From IMG/VR virus record IMGVR_UViG_3300024181_000003, positions 13,801-77,800 of that record: DNA of 64,000 bases; one strand, written 5' to 3'. Position numbers and translations under genes: made by a program. Numbering within the stretch: position 1 is the stretch's first letter; each line of letters opens with the position of its first letter. Below are positions 19,393 through 29,224 of the stretch, piece by piece. This stretch comes from a virus (taxonomy: Duplodnaviria; Caudoviricetes). The notes beneath the pieces were generated by a model. That model was not told the origin of the DNA. It saw nothing but the letters and a program-made list of their open reading frames with translations, and made no database searches.

Positions 19393-20201
19393 AGGTAATC
19401 ACCAAGGCAGTTCTCGACATGGAGACAATGGAGTGGATTCACGTCGAGTCCTACGACTACGAGGGGCCGGTTGACCGTTGCTGCGGTTCTTCGGGGGAAG
19501 AGAAGAGTCTTGAGGGCTCATCCTCGGCATTCGCCAAGACTCTGCAGGGAGTTTTTGGTACTGCGCTGGAATCCCAGAAGGGCGTCCTTTCGAAACTCGC
19601 CGGAGTCATCAACAGAATCAGCACAGGCATGACGGGTCCGGGCTACGGGGCTCAAGAACAAGCTGACAGAGTCAACCAGATTAAGACCACGACTGCTGCG
19701 GCAGAAAGAAACACTCAACAGGCTCTCCAAGACCGCTCTGCAGGACAGGTGTTCGGTGGCCAGTCTGATTCGAGTGGCTTGGGACGTACTTCGGCTATCA
19801 ATAAGCAGGTAGCCGGACAGGTCACATCCAACCTTGAGAACAAAGAATCTGATCTTCTCAACCAAGAGATGATTCAGAATTACGAGCAGGGCCGTGCAAA
19901 CGCAGTTACGACAGCCAGCGGCTTGAACACACTGGCAGGTGACTACGGCGCAGAGGCAGGCATGGGCGAGACCGGGGCCATCAACGAAAACCAGATCGCG
20001 TTCCAGCAGGCCAACAAGATCAACCAAGAGAACAACCAGTGGCAGTCGGATTTGGCGGGTCTGGCAACAGGCCTAGTCAAGACGGGCGCATCGGTTGCAA
20101 CAGGCGGTTTGAGTGGCGGCTGGAAGGGCGCACTGACTGCACTTGGCGGTGGAGGCGGCACTCCTAGTTTTAGAGACAGTGGCACAGGACAGCCCGGATA
20201 A
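19389..20201 (+). CDS. Putative DNA ejection/pilot protein 1
   Basis: Leader ...YDYEGPVDRCCG followed by a Q/N/G/A-rich helical body and Gly-rich hydrophobic end. Confidence 0.55.
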   Translation: MKVITKAVLDMETMEWIHVESYDYEGPVDRCCGSSGEEKSLEGSSSAFAKTLQGVFGTALESQKGVLSKLAGVINRISTGMTGPGYGAQEQADRVNQIKTTTAAAERNTQQALQDRSAGQVFGGQSDSSGLGRTSAINKQVAGQVTSNLENKESDLLNQEMIQNYEQGRANAVTTASGLNTLAGDYGAEAGMGETGAINENQIAFQQANKINQENNQWQSDLAGLATGLVKTGASVATGGLSGGWKGALTALGGGGGTPSFRDSGTGQPG

Positions 20202-20258
20202 TCGTAGTTCCCAGATCAACCAATTTCAGTAAGGGCACAGGCCCCATGGAGAAGTTAG

Positions 20259-22232
20259 ATGCCAGTATCAATTCCGGGCAGTATGCAATCGTTCGACACA
20301 CAGTCGAATGGTCAAACGGATGCAGTTGATGCATTGCAGAAGTATATGCAGCCCACCACGCCGGGTCAACCGAGCGGAGATGGTGCTGCGCCTGATCTAA
20401 CAGGCGGCGTCGGAGAGCTACCACCGTCACCGGGCGCGTTCCCGCGTCCCGGGTCGTTCGGTGATAAGCTATCGGACAGCCTACGCTCGGTGATTAAGTC
20501 GCCAGCGGCTCCTGCGGTCATGGCACAGCCTGCTGGATGGGCTAAGATGATGATCGGTGCAACCATGGATGCGCTGTCTGGTAAGGGCGGCGCATTGCTA
20601 GGCAATTTGGGTGACGCGGCAGCAGCCACGGCACCAGTGCCCGAGGGCGGTGGCGCGTTGACCGGCGTGCTGAGAACGCTAGGTGCTGGACAGCAACGTG
20701 CTGCGGCAGAGAAGCAGCAGACCTTTGAGAATAAGTTGAAGACCGACAAGGCTGCGGACGAGCACCTTGAGAACGAAGCTCGCGTTGCTTTACTACAGGG
20801 TCAGACCCGCTTGAACGCAATCAACGTCACCAAGGCTGAGAACGAGGTTCAGGACGGCATCTACAACATGAACAAGACCGTCAGCGATCAACTAGCCAAG
20901 AACCATCACATCGAGAAGGGTGTCAGCCAAGCACAGCTCGACCAGATGTTGAAGGCCAACCCCGACTACTTGAAGACGCATCGTGCGTTGCCGATTGGCC
21001 GTGAAGAGATTCTTGATGGTAGCGGCAAACCGACCGGCAAGTTCGATCAGATGTGGGATGTTATTACTGCAGACCCACTCGATAAGAACCAACATGTTCA
21101 GCCGGATGCTAAGACCGCTTCCGACTGGAAGGCTGCGGGAATCGAAGTTGACCCGAAGCAAAACCTTAGCGCCGACGACATGATCACGTTGAACAATCGT
21201 GCAACCGGAATCTTGCTTGTCAAGAACGCAACCAACAAGGCGAGAGAAGAGGCCTTGACACAGGAACAGTTCGATCAGGTCAAGCAGGACATGGAGTCGC
21301 CTGCCGTCCAGCACGCAATCAGTGCGGACACGGCACGTCCTCTGCAAGGTCTGCAGAATGATTATAACCTGCACGTTCAGACAATTAAGAAGGACCAACA
21401 ACAGATTGCTGCGATCTCCGCTAAGAACCCGAACGACCCACAACTGGCTCAAATACAGTCGGACCTCGCCAACAAGCAGACAGAGCTGGGCGCACTGCAG
21501 CACTTCATGATCTACGGCGTCGATGCCAAGATGCGCGAAGACGAGCAGAAGGCGAGATTCGAAGAAGAGCAGGCAGCGTGGCAGAATCGTCGTGCTGCGG
21601 CCATGGAGAGAAAAGAGTCTGTGGACAAGTCTCTGGCGCAGTCTTACCAGATTCAGAACAAAGAGTTCGACACGATGCGTAAGCCGATCTCCGAGAAGTT
21701 GGGCGAGTACACGAACCTGCAGATGGGCCTTGATATGCGTAACGCAGAAGGCGATGCGATCGTCGCACCTATGTTGCTAAAGGCATTGGTGGCAGGCGGC
21801 GGCGTCCGTATCACTCAGGCCGAAATCAACATGGTGCTCGGAGCACGTTCGTTGCTCGGAACAACCGAAGCGGAAATGAGAAAGATTCTGTCTGGTCAAA
21901 AGTTCTCTGACGAACAGCGTCAGCAGATTCGTACTCTATCCGAGTTTCTGCAGAAGAAGATTCAAGCCAAGAAGCAGATTCTCGAAGCGGGTCAGGCATC
22001 TATCGACGCAGCTGACACCGTTGCTGGACAACGCCAAGCTGTAAGAGATACCCGTCAACAGATCGACGAGTTGGATGCAGGGGTAAATGCAAACAAGCAG
22101 GACCCGGACGTGATCGGGCGCAAGCTTGGTGCCAGCCAGCATGTTTCGACACCAGATGGCAAGACAACGATCTACAACGTCAACAACCAGTGGGTAACCG
22201 CTGACGGCAAGCCATACGTGGCAGGGAAGTAA
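20259..22232 (+). CDS. Putative ejection protein 2
   Basis: 657 aa, helical, Q/K/A-rich, Gly-rich hydrophobic N-part. Confidence 0.55.
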   Translation: MPVSIPGSMQSFDTQSNGQTDAVDALQKYMQPTTPGQPSGDGAAPDLTGGVGELPPSPGAFPRPGSFGDKLSDSLRSVIKSPAAPAVMAQPAGWAKMMIGATMDALSGKGGALLGNLGDAAAATAPVPEGGGALTGVLRTLGAGQQRAAAEKQQTFENKLKTDKAADEHLENEARVALLQGQTRLNAINVTKAENEVQDGIYNMNKTVSDQLAKNHHIEKGVSQAQLDQMLKANPDYLKTHRALPIGREEILDGSGKPTGKFDQMWDVITADPLDKNQHVQPDAKTASDWKAAGIEVDPKQNLSADDMITLNNRATGILLVKNATNKAREEALTQEQFDQVKQDMESPAVQHAISADTARPLQGLQNDYNLHVQTIKKDQQQIAAISAKNPNDPQLAQIQSDLANKQTELGALQHFMIYGVDAKMREDEQKARFEEEQAAWQNRRAAAMERKESVDKSLAQSYQIQNKEFDTMRKPISEKLGEYTNLQMGLDMRNAEGDAIVAPMLLKALVAGGGVRITQAEINMVLGARSLLGTTEAEMRKILSGQKFSDEQRQQIRTLSEFLQKKIQAKKQILEAGQASIDAADTVAGQRQAVRDTRQQIDELDAGVNANKQDPDVIGRKLGASQHVSTPDGKTTIYNVNNQWVTADGKPYVAGK

Positions 22233-22233
22233 A

Positions 22234-25200
22234 ATGGGACTCAATGACCAGCTAGCACCGCCGCCGGGATTTGGTACTCCGGTTAGCATCGCATCTGCTC
22301 CTGCAAAATCGGCAGCTGCGGCACCTGCTGCGTTAGCACCTCCACCGGGATTCGGCACGCCCGTTGACATCAACGCTCAGTCGCAAGATCAGGGACAAGA
22401 CCAGCAGTCAACGGATACGACGTACAAGCCGTTCGACACAGAAAATGTCGGTAGCTCTCTAGGCAGAATCGTTACGAACAACACTGCGGAAAAAGCAACC
22501 TACGACAAAGTCGCCAAGGAATACGAAGGTCTGTCGGACATCCTGCACGGTGATTTCCACCAAGGTATGTCCAAAATCGTTAGCGGCGGCGACGAGCCTG
22601 TCACCAACATCGGCAAGTACATTTGGGACGCAGCCAAGAAGCACACCGTTCATGCTGTCTCAGGTGAACTGACCGAAACTGCGGTCGGCGCAGCCACCCG
22701 CACAGAAGCGATGCTTCGCGGCTTCAACGACATCAAGGAAGGAAAGTACGCCGAGGGCTTGAAAGAAGTTGTCAGCGCCGCTGCGTCAAACGCAGGTATC
22801 GGCAAGAGTATCGTGCCGGGCTCAGAAGTTGAGAAGGCGTTTCGTCACTACCTGCCGAACTTCTCTGGCATGGCTATGCCGGAAGAGGACCACACTCGCA
22901 CATCTGCGCTACCGACAGTTAACATCAGCCAGTACATCGACAAGAATGCACACCCGGTCTACAAGGCAATTGCTGAAAATGCCGAAGGATTCAGCAGTCC
23001 AGAGAACATCGCCCTGATGGCCGCAACCGACGGCCTAGGTATGATCGCATCTGCAAAGCAGGCAGGCATGATGTCGAGAATGCTGTCCGCTGGTTGGACC
23101 GCGTCCGCAATCCAAGGCGCATACCAGCACATGGGCGCGTTCAAGCAGGCGTGGGACGAGGGCAACGAGCCGGAAGCACTCTACCAGTTCACGCACGGAG
23201 TTTTGAGTGGTGCGTTGGCGACCCGCGCAGGCCAGCACGCAGGCAATTTGAGCACAGAGCCGAGCCTACTCAACGGCAAGCCGGTGTTCGACAAGATCAG
23301 AAACGTTGCTATGGAGCACGGCATACTGAAACCGAACGAATCGGCAGACGCGGCGGTTCAGGCTCTCAAGCCCGGCCCGAAGTCTGTTGACCGCTTCAAG
23401 AAGGATTGGGACACTGCGGTCGGAGACATCAAGGCGTACAGCGACGAGAAGGGTCAGAAGATCAGCACGGTCGGCGACCTGCACGAAGCTGTGCCTGAGA
23501 TGAAGGATGCAATCTGGACGAAGGAAGTCGAGCCTGCGACCAACAAGCATTTGAGCGAAAAAGTCGATATGTCGCCGGTCAAAACCGCCGTTCTTGACGG
23601 AATCACCGACGAGGTTCGTGAGTTCGAACCGGTCGAGACAGCTGCTGCGGAAAAGTTCGCAGAAAAAGTCGGGAAGAGCCGCACTGTCGGGGACGCAACC
23701 GATCTTCTGACGTACATCGACGCCAAACTGAACTCGTACTTTGCAAAGAACCCGGGCGCACGTCGTGTCGATCTGTCAACCAACCCAGAGACCGCGATGT
23801 GGGAAAACGCTCGTCGCACAATCCGTGATCAGTTGTTGACTCACCTTGAGGACGCAGGCGAGGACGGAATCCGTGATGCACGTATCCGCTACGGCGCACT
23901 ATCCGGCCTAGAAGACACAATCACGTCAGCTGCTGGACGTCTGGAGAGAAATCCATACGCAACCGCATCGTTGAGCCATCTGGGTGTAGCTGGCCTGCTT
24001 GGTTCATCGGTCGGTCTTCCGCTCATGATGGCACACAGCCTGTACACAGGCGGCGTAGCTCCTGCGCTGGCAATCGGGGCAGAGTTGTTGAGACGCTACA
24101 ACAAGAACCCGAACGTTCTGACCGAACACGCAATCAAACTGGGCGAAGGTAAAGAGGCCCCGACACCGGGTGCCGCGCCTGCGCCAGTAAACTTTGGACC
24201 GGGCGGCCCACTGGGCGCAGACATGAGCCCAGACCTGCACGCCGGGCTGTCAACCTATCTCGACAAGACTGTCGGCGATCATACGCCGGAAGAACTTGAG
24301 ACGATGTTCCAGCAGAAGCTGGCCGCAAACCGTAAGGGCGGCAGAGTGCTTGACAAGACCGGCTCCGTTCACAACTCGGAAGAGCTAGAACTTTACAAGA
24401 TGCTCAACACCGAGAAGGCGAATGCTGCGGCGGCACGCCAGAAGGAAAACCAGAAGAAGCTCGACGATGCGGCCAAGGAAGAGAAGAAAGCGGCTGCGGC
24501 GGTCGAGAAGATCGGTGAAGAAGGCGAAACCAAGGCCGAGGAAAACGTTCCCGCAGCCAAGGAACTCGTGAAAGGCGCGAAGACGCCGGGCGAGAAAGCT
24601 GCGGCAGACAAAGCTGCTGCGGACAAGGCCGCTTTTGACGAAGCAAACGAAGGCAGCAACGTTAAGACCACGCCGGAATCCTTCAAGAAGACCGGAGAGG
24701 TCAAGACACCAAAGGGCGAGAACCTGAAAACCGAAGAGGGCGTCGAAGGCGACAACCTAGATGAAGACGAGCTGCAGACCGCTCAGAGCAGAACTCCTGA
24801 GACTCAGTTCCAGCAACGCTATAACATGACCGTGGACCACGCAGACGGCACCAGAACCGAGGAGCCCATCGACGCACACTCGTTCAAGCAGGCGTTGAAG
24901 CTTGGCCAGAAGAAGTTCCCTGACGCCAAGAGCATTGAGCTAGGTGCTGCGGACGTAACCCAGATACCGAGACAGCAGGGCTACGTGGTTCCGACAGGCA
25001 AGCATTTGAACACACCGGGCATGACCCGTGGCATGCCGATCGAAAAGACGATGCGACACGAGCTAGGCCACTACATGGTCGGGCACAATGAGGGCTTCGA
25101 GGCAGACGCAATCGAGCGCCACACGCACCCAGATATGCCGAAGTCGGCTAACGCAGCCATTCAGTGGAATTTGCCGGACACCACGCGTAACATAATCCAC

Positions 25201-28200
25201 AAAACGCCCGAGAGAGTCCCGGCACTTATCCGTATGATTATGGGTGGTGTAGCTGCGGACGAGGTGTTTTCTGGTGTAGGCCGCGACGAGCACGGCGTCC
25301 AGCTAGACCCGAGCCGCCCGAGTTCAGACGGCAGTTTAGCTTTGCGTATCATGAAAGAAGCCGGATTCAGCGATGATGTGGCCAAGAAGATGATGAACGA
25401 GGCCATTAACCAAGCAAAAGAACACTTGACAAAGCAGCACGTCTCGGATATAATTAACGAGAATGCCGACGTGCGCGAACCGGGCTTGTCAAAGCAGTAC
25501 CATTTCAGCGGTGAGAGATTAAAGTCGATGGGTGAAGAGGCCCAACGGAGAGCAAATGAAGGAAACAAAACAGAAGCCCCTATCAACAGAGGAGCTGGCG
25601 AAGCAGGCGATCGAGGAAATCAAGAATTCAACGCCAGAGCAGAAGCTGGCAATCCGCCAGCACCTACAGAAACAACTCCTAAAGAAGTAGCACAGGCTGC
25701 CGAGCAGCGTGGTCTGAACCGCCGCTCAGTCGGCAACCCAGAGCACGACCGCATCATCGAAAGCGCTGGTGCTATTCCTGCAGGCGTGGCCTTTCCGGGC
25801 GACCCAGAATCGGAGATCAAACTGTTCCACGACCCAAAGACGGGCTCAACGCTAGGCTTCAAGCCGGGCGAAGAGGTTACCCCGGAAGCGGTTCAGCGGA
25901 AGATGGACGCCAGCCGCAAGCAGTTCGGCGTGGCCGAAACAGTAGCGCCGGAAGAGCACGAACACCTGCTTGACCGTTGGCTGACCGAAAAAAGCGGCTA
26001 CCACCCAGACCTGCAGGCAGTGATCAAGGAAACACGTTCGCTATCCCAGACCCCAGAGGGAATCAAGAACGGCGGCGGATTCATCACACCGGACGGTCAG
26101 TTCTCGATGATGCGGCCCGGCCAGCAGCACCCACAGGTTATCGAAAGAGCCAACGCAGAGCGTCAAGGCGGCCCAGTTGACAACCGTCCCGACTTCCTGA
26201 ACGACACAGGCGCAATTCGTACTCGCTACACAGAAGGTCGTGGCGGTCCTACGCTAGCCGTGTCGATGCCGGAAGATGGTATCACGCCAGCCCAGATCAA
26301 GGCGGTCAGAATGGCCGCTGGTCAGATCGGGAGAAACGCAAACCTGATTTTGGAAACCGCAGGCAAAGAAGGCGTGGCACCCCGCTCAGAGCAGAAAGAA
26401 TTTGCCAAGGTGTCCGACGTTCAGCCGATGCTTGAAAAGCTTGGCATGATCAAGGGCCGGGACTTCGCACAGAAGGCCGTGGATTACGTCAAGGGCGGCG
26501 GATTTACTATCCACCCGAACGGACAAGTTCCGACCGAAGGCCATCAGATCGAAGTGATGCCAGAGCGTCGTAAGATTCTGTCAGGTCCGATCACCGAGGA
26601 CGCAGTCCGTCAGTACCACAACGAAAACAAAGACCTGTTCGATGAGCACCCAGAACTTCACATCGGCGGCTACAATGGCTCGCAGGGTGGTGAACTCAAC
26701 ATCTCCGCACACGGCGACCCAGAGCGTGCTGCGGCTGTTGGCAACAAGCTAGATCAGGAAGCTGCGTGGGACAATGAGAAGAAAGAACTCGTGCCGCTGC
26801 AGGGCAAGAACCAGCAGACTCAGTTCCCGAACTACCCGCTCGAACAGCGTTTGGAAGAACTCAACCCGGGTCGTAATGATTTTAACTTCGGCCACAACGT
26901 TGCTGAACCAGCAGCGCCAACAAATGAGACTCCCGATCAGCAGAAGGGTTTGATCTCTACTGCGCTACCGAAGGGCAAGAAAGCAATCGCAAACCCGCTG
27001 ACATCCGACGTACACATCGGCATCAAATCCGTAACCCCAGAGGCGATGGAGAAGATCGCAGACAAGGTCAAGGAGATGCCCGGCTTCCGTATCGCCAAGA
27101 ATCTCAAGGACCCAGTCAAGGTTGTCAACTCCTACATCCGTCAGTTCGCTGACAACTTGAAAGACGTTTACAACCGTGTTCCAGAGCAGACTCGCCAAGC
27201 CACTGCAAAGTGGTACGAGTCCGCTAACGGAATCGCAGACCGCATGGCCACACAGTTCGGCAAGACCTTGAAGCAAGGTGCTGGCGTACTGGCTGCGCTG
27301 TCTCCGCAAAAGGACTGGGACCAGAACGTGTCGCTTGCAAAGCGTGTCTACGATATCTACCACACCAAGGGCGACATGACAATGACGCCTGAGATGGAGG
27401 CCAAGGTAGGCGACTTGGTCGGTGAAGAGCAGATCGACGAAGAGACCGGCAAAAAGAACCGTAAGAACGACAAACTCGGCAAGCTTGCTGAACAGATCAA
27501 GGGCAAGACCTTCAACGAACTGCAGACTCCGCTTGAGAAGGCGGCGTTCGTACGTTTATACGACGAAGCGCACAACACCGGCGAGGGCCGCAACTTCCGT
27601 TCGATCGACCCGGGCACCGGCGAAGAGGGTGACTTTGTTCGCACAGACAAGGGCAACCCACGCAAGGTCGCTTGGGGCAGCTTGAACGAAATTGCAAAGG
27701 CGGTTTCGATTTTGGACAATGGCAGCCGTGAAAACATCAGCGACAATCTTGGCGAAGCGCACAAGGTCCGCAACTTCTATAACAACATCCTAGACCCGAA
27801 CAATCCGGCTGGACACGTCACCGTTGACACGCACGCCGTGGCTGCGGGACACCAGCGCATGTTGAGCGGAAATAGTCCAGAGGTCGGGGCAAACTTCGGC
27901 CAGTTGAGCGCCGCTGAGACCGGCTTGAAGGGCATGTACGCTGTCAACGCAGAAGCATACCGCCAAGCAGCCAAGGAACTCGGGTTACAGCCTCGACAGC
28001 TACAATCGATCGTTTGGGAAGAAATCCGTAAGCAATTCCCTGACGAGATGAAGCGTGTCGAGAAGCACCAAGACGCAATCAACGACATCTGGCAGTCCTA
28101 CAAGGACGGTAAGATCACTCAGAAAGCTGCACAGGACGCAGTCCGTGATTACGCAACCAAGGCCTACGCAGACATGGTGGCCAACAAGCCTGCGAACAAG

Positions 28201-28281
28201 GGCAAGGAAGAGCCGGGCAAAATTTCGGCGCAGCGTTTCCTATCCCTGATGTCGGGGCTTGACAAATTGGCCGGACAGTGA
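22234..28281 (+). CDS. Giant multi-domain (polyvalent) ejection protein with zincin and HhH-GPD-like domains
   Basis: 2015 aa; LAPPPGFGTPV twice at the N-terminus; HELGH...GGVAADEV near 25057-25270; HKVRNF...VTVDTHA...QLQSIVW near 27760-28030. Confidence 0.65.
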   Translation: MGLNDQLAPPPGFGTPVSIASAPAKSAAAAPAALAPPPGFGTPVDINAQSQDQGQDQQSTDTTYKPFDTENVGSSLGRIVTNNTAEKATYDKVAKEYEGLSDILHGDFHQGMSKIVSGGDEPVTNIGKYIWDAAKKHTVHAVSGELTETAVGAATRTEAMLRGFNDIKEGKYAEGLKEVVSAAASNAGIGKSIVPGSEVEKAFRHYLPNFSGMAMPEEDHTRTSALPTVNISQYIDKNAHPVYKAIAENAEGFSSPENIALMAATDGLGMIASAKQAGMMSRMLSAGWTASAIQGAYQHMGAFKQAWDEGNEPEALYQFTHGVLSGALATRAGQHAGNLSTEPSLLNGKPVFDKIRNVAMEHGILKPNESADAAVQALKPGPKSVDRFKKDWDTAVGDIKAYSDEKGQKISTVGDLHEAVPEMKDAIWTKEVEPATNKHLSEKVDMSPVKTAVLDGITDEVREFEPVETAAAEKFAEKVGKSRTVGDATDLLTYIDAKLNSYFAKNPGARRVDLSTNPETAMWENARRTIRDQLLTHLEDAGEDGIRDARIRYGALSGLEDTITSAAGRLERNPYATASLSHLGVAGLLGSSVGLPLMMAHSLYTGGVAPALAIGAELLRRYNKNPNVLTEHAIKLGEGKEAPTPGAAPAPVNFGPGGPLGADMSPDLHAGLSTYLDKTVGDHTPEELETMFQQKLAANRKGGRVLDKTGSVHNSEELELYKMLNTEKANAAAARQKENQKKLDDAAKEEKKAAAAVEKIGEEGETKAEENVPAAKELVKGAKTPGEKAAADKAAADKAAFDEANEGSNVKTTPESFKKTGEVKTPKGENLKTEEGVEGDNLDEDELQTAQSRTPETQFQQRYNMTVDHADGTRTEEPIDAHSFKQALKLGQKKFPDAKSIELGAADVTQIPRQQGYVVPTGKHLNTPGMTRGMPIEKTMRHELGHYMVGHNEGFEADAIERHTHPDMPKSANAAIQWNLPDTTRNIIHKTPERVPALIRMIMGGVAADEVFSGVGRDEHGVQLDPSRPSSDGSLALRIMKEAGFSDDVAKKMMNEAINQAKEHLTKQHVSDIINENADVREPGLSKQYHFSGERLKSMGEEAQRRANEGNKTEAPINRGAGEAGDRGNQEFNARAEAGNPPAPTETTPKEVAQAAEQRGLNRRSVGNPEHDRIIESAGAIPAGVAFPGDPESEIKLFHDPKTGSTLGFKPGEEVTPEAVQRKMDASRKQFGVAETVAPEEHEHLLDRWLTEKSGYHPDLQAVIKETRSLSQTPEGIKNGGGFITPDGQFSMMRPGQQHPQVIERANAERQGGPVDNRPDFLNDTGAIRTRYTEGRGGPTLAVSMPEDGITPAQIKAVRMAAGQIGRNANLILETAGKEGVAPRSEQKEFAKVSDVQPMLEKLGMIKGRDFAQKAVDYVKGGGFTIHPNGQVPTEGHQIEVMPERRKILSGPITEDAVRQYHNENKDLFDEHPELHIGGYNGSQGGELNISAHGDPERAAAVGNKLDQEAAWDNEKKELVPLQGKNQQTQFPNYPLEQRLEELNPGRNDFNFGHNVAEPAAPTNETPDQQKGLISTALPKGKKAIANPLTSDVHIGIKSVTPEAMEKIADKVKEMPGFRIAKNLKDPVKVVNSYIRQFADNLKDVYNRVPEQTRQATAKWYESANGIADRMATQFGKTLKQGAGVLAALSPQKDWDQNVSLAKRVYDIYHTKGDMTMTPEMEAKVGDLVGEEQIDEETGKKNRKNDKLGKLAEQIKGKTFNELQTPLEKAAFVRLYDEAHNTGEGRNFRSIDPGTGEEGDFVRTDKGNPRKVAWGSLNEIAKAVSILDNGSRENISDNLGEAHKVRNFYNNILDPNNPAGHVTVDTHAVAAGHQRMLSGNSPEVGANFGQLSAAETGLKGMYAVNAEAYRQAAKELGLQPRQLQSIVWEEIRKQFPDEMKRVEKHQDAINDIWQSYKDGKITQKAAQDAVRDYATKAYADMVANKPANKGKEEPGKISAQRFLSLMSGLDKLAGQ

Positions 28282-28287
28282 TATACT
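28259..28287 (+). promoter_or_regulatory. Near-consensus sigma70 promoter overlapping the end of the giant gene
   Basis: TTGACA-N17-TATACT with extended -10 TG. Confidence 0.75.
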
Positions 28288-28304
28288 GGCTCTAAGGTGA
28301 ATTT

Positions 28305-28478
28305 ATGACCGACTACGTACTAGACTACATGAAGAAAAACGACATCCCGGTGACTCGTAAGAACTACATTGAGTTGAACTGGATGGGACAGGCTGACCCA
28401 AATCAGCCGTTGCCTGCGGAACTCGAAGCCGAGATGCCGGAAGAACTGCAACATTCTGATCTCAAATCTGAGAAATAG
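28305..28478 (+). CDS. 57-aa acidic protein absent from the ORF track
   Basis: MTDYVLDYMKKNDIPVTRKNYIELNWMG...AELEAEMPEEL; AAGGTG RBS; directly downstream of the promoter. Confidence 0.65.
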   Translation: MTDYVLDYMKKNDIPVTRKNYIELNWMGQADPNQPLPAELEAEMPEELQHSDLKSEK

Positions 28479-28482
28479 GTCA

Positions 28483-29028
28483 ATGCCCAATCGTATCACA
28501 GATATCAGAGATAGAAGATTCGGTAAATTGGTTGCTCTGACCTTCATGAGGAAATCATTCGCTAATGGATACGGAAAGCGAGTGGTTTGGAAGTGTCGGT
28601 GTGACTGTGGAAGAAAAACGTGGGTTGTGGGGAGCACGCTTCGTAGAGGACGACAGACCAGCTGCGGCTGCTCTCGTAGAAAGCCGCTATCGGCCCAGCG
28701 AGTACTGTATTCTCAATATCGATTCAAAGCCAAGATTAGAAACATCCGATGGTCTTTGTCTTTTAAAGATTTTTGTTTTCTGATTTCTAAACCGTGTTAT
28801 TACACAGGACGACCACCGTCAAACGTTTTTAAAATTCGTCGTAACAAAGGCCAGAAGGTGCTGATCTATAGTGGTATAGATCGATTGAACAACCGCAGAG
28901 GATACGAAAAATCAAATTGCGTTCCTTGTTGCGCCGAAGCCAATCGGGCTAAACTAGCCATGACATCAAAAGAGTTTATAAATTTGTGCAAGGCCGTGGT
29001 AAAACAATCTCAGAAAGGAGGACAATAA
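28483..29028 (+). CDS. Free-standing HNH-like homing endonuclease
   Basis: DRRFGKLV...WKCRCDCG...TSCGC; GIDRLNNRRGY...CVPCCAEANRAK; AT-rich. Confidence 0.7.
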   Translation: MPNRITDIRDRRFGKLVALTFMRKSFANGYGKRVVWKCRCDCGRKTWVVGSTLRRGRQTSCGCSRRKPLSAQRVLYSQYRFKAKIRNIRWSLSFKDFCFLISKPCYYTGRPPSNVFKIRRNKGQKVLIYSGIDRLNNRRGYEKSNCVPCCAEANRAKLAMTSKEFINLCKAVVKQSQKGGQ

Positions 29029-29029
29029 C

Positions 29030-29224
29030 ATGCCAGCAACAAAAAACGGGGGCGGGGACGCCCTTGCAAGGGGCGCTATAAGAGCAAAGTTTGGACCAGC
29101 CGAGCGTAAGCTGACGGACAAGCAGTTTGAAGCTATGTTCGAAGGTTTCGATGCGGAAAAGTTCGTCAAGAACGAAGCGCCGAAGGTATCAGGCACCAAA
29201 GAAACAACTCGTAAGAGCCGTTAA
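29030..29224 (+). CDS. Small hypothetical protein, last gene of the + arm
   Basis: GGAGG RBS; 64 aa. Confidence 0.55.
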   Translation: MPATKNGGGDALARGAIRAKFGPAERKLTDKQFEAMFEGFDAEKFVKNEAPKVSGTKETTRKSR

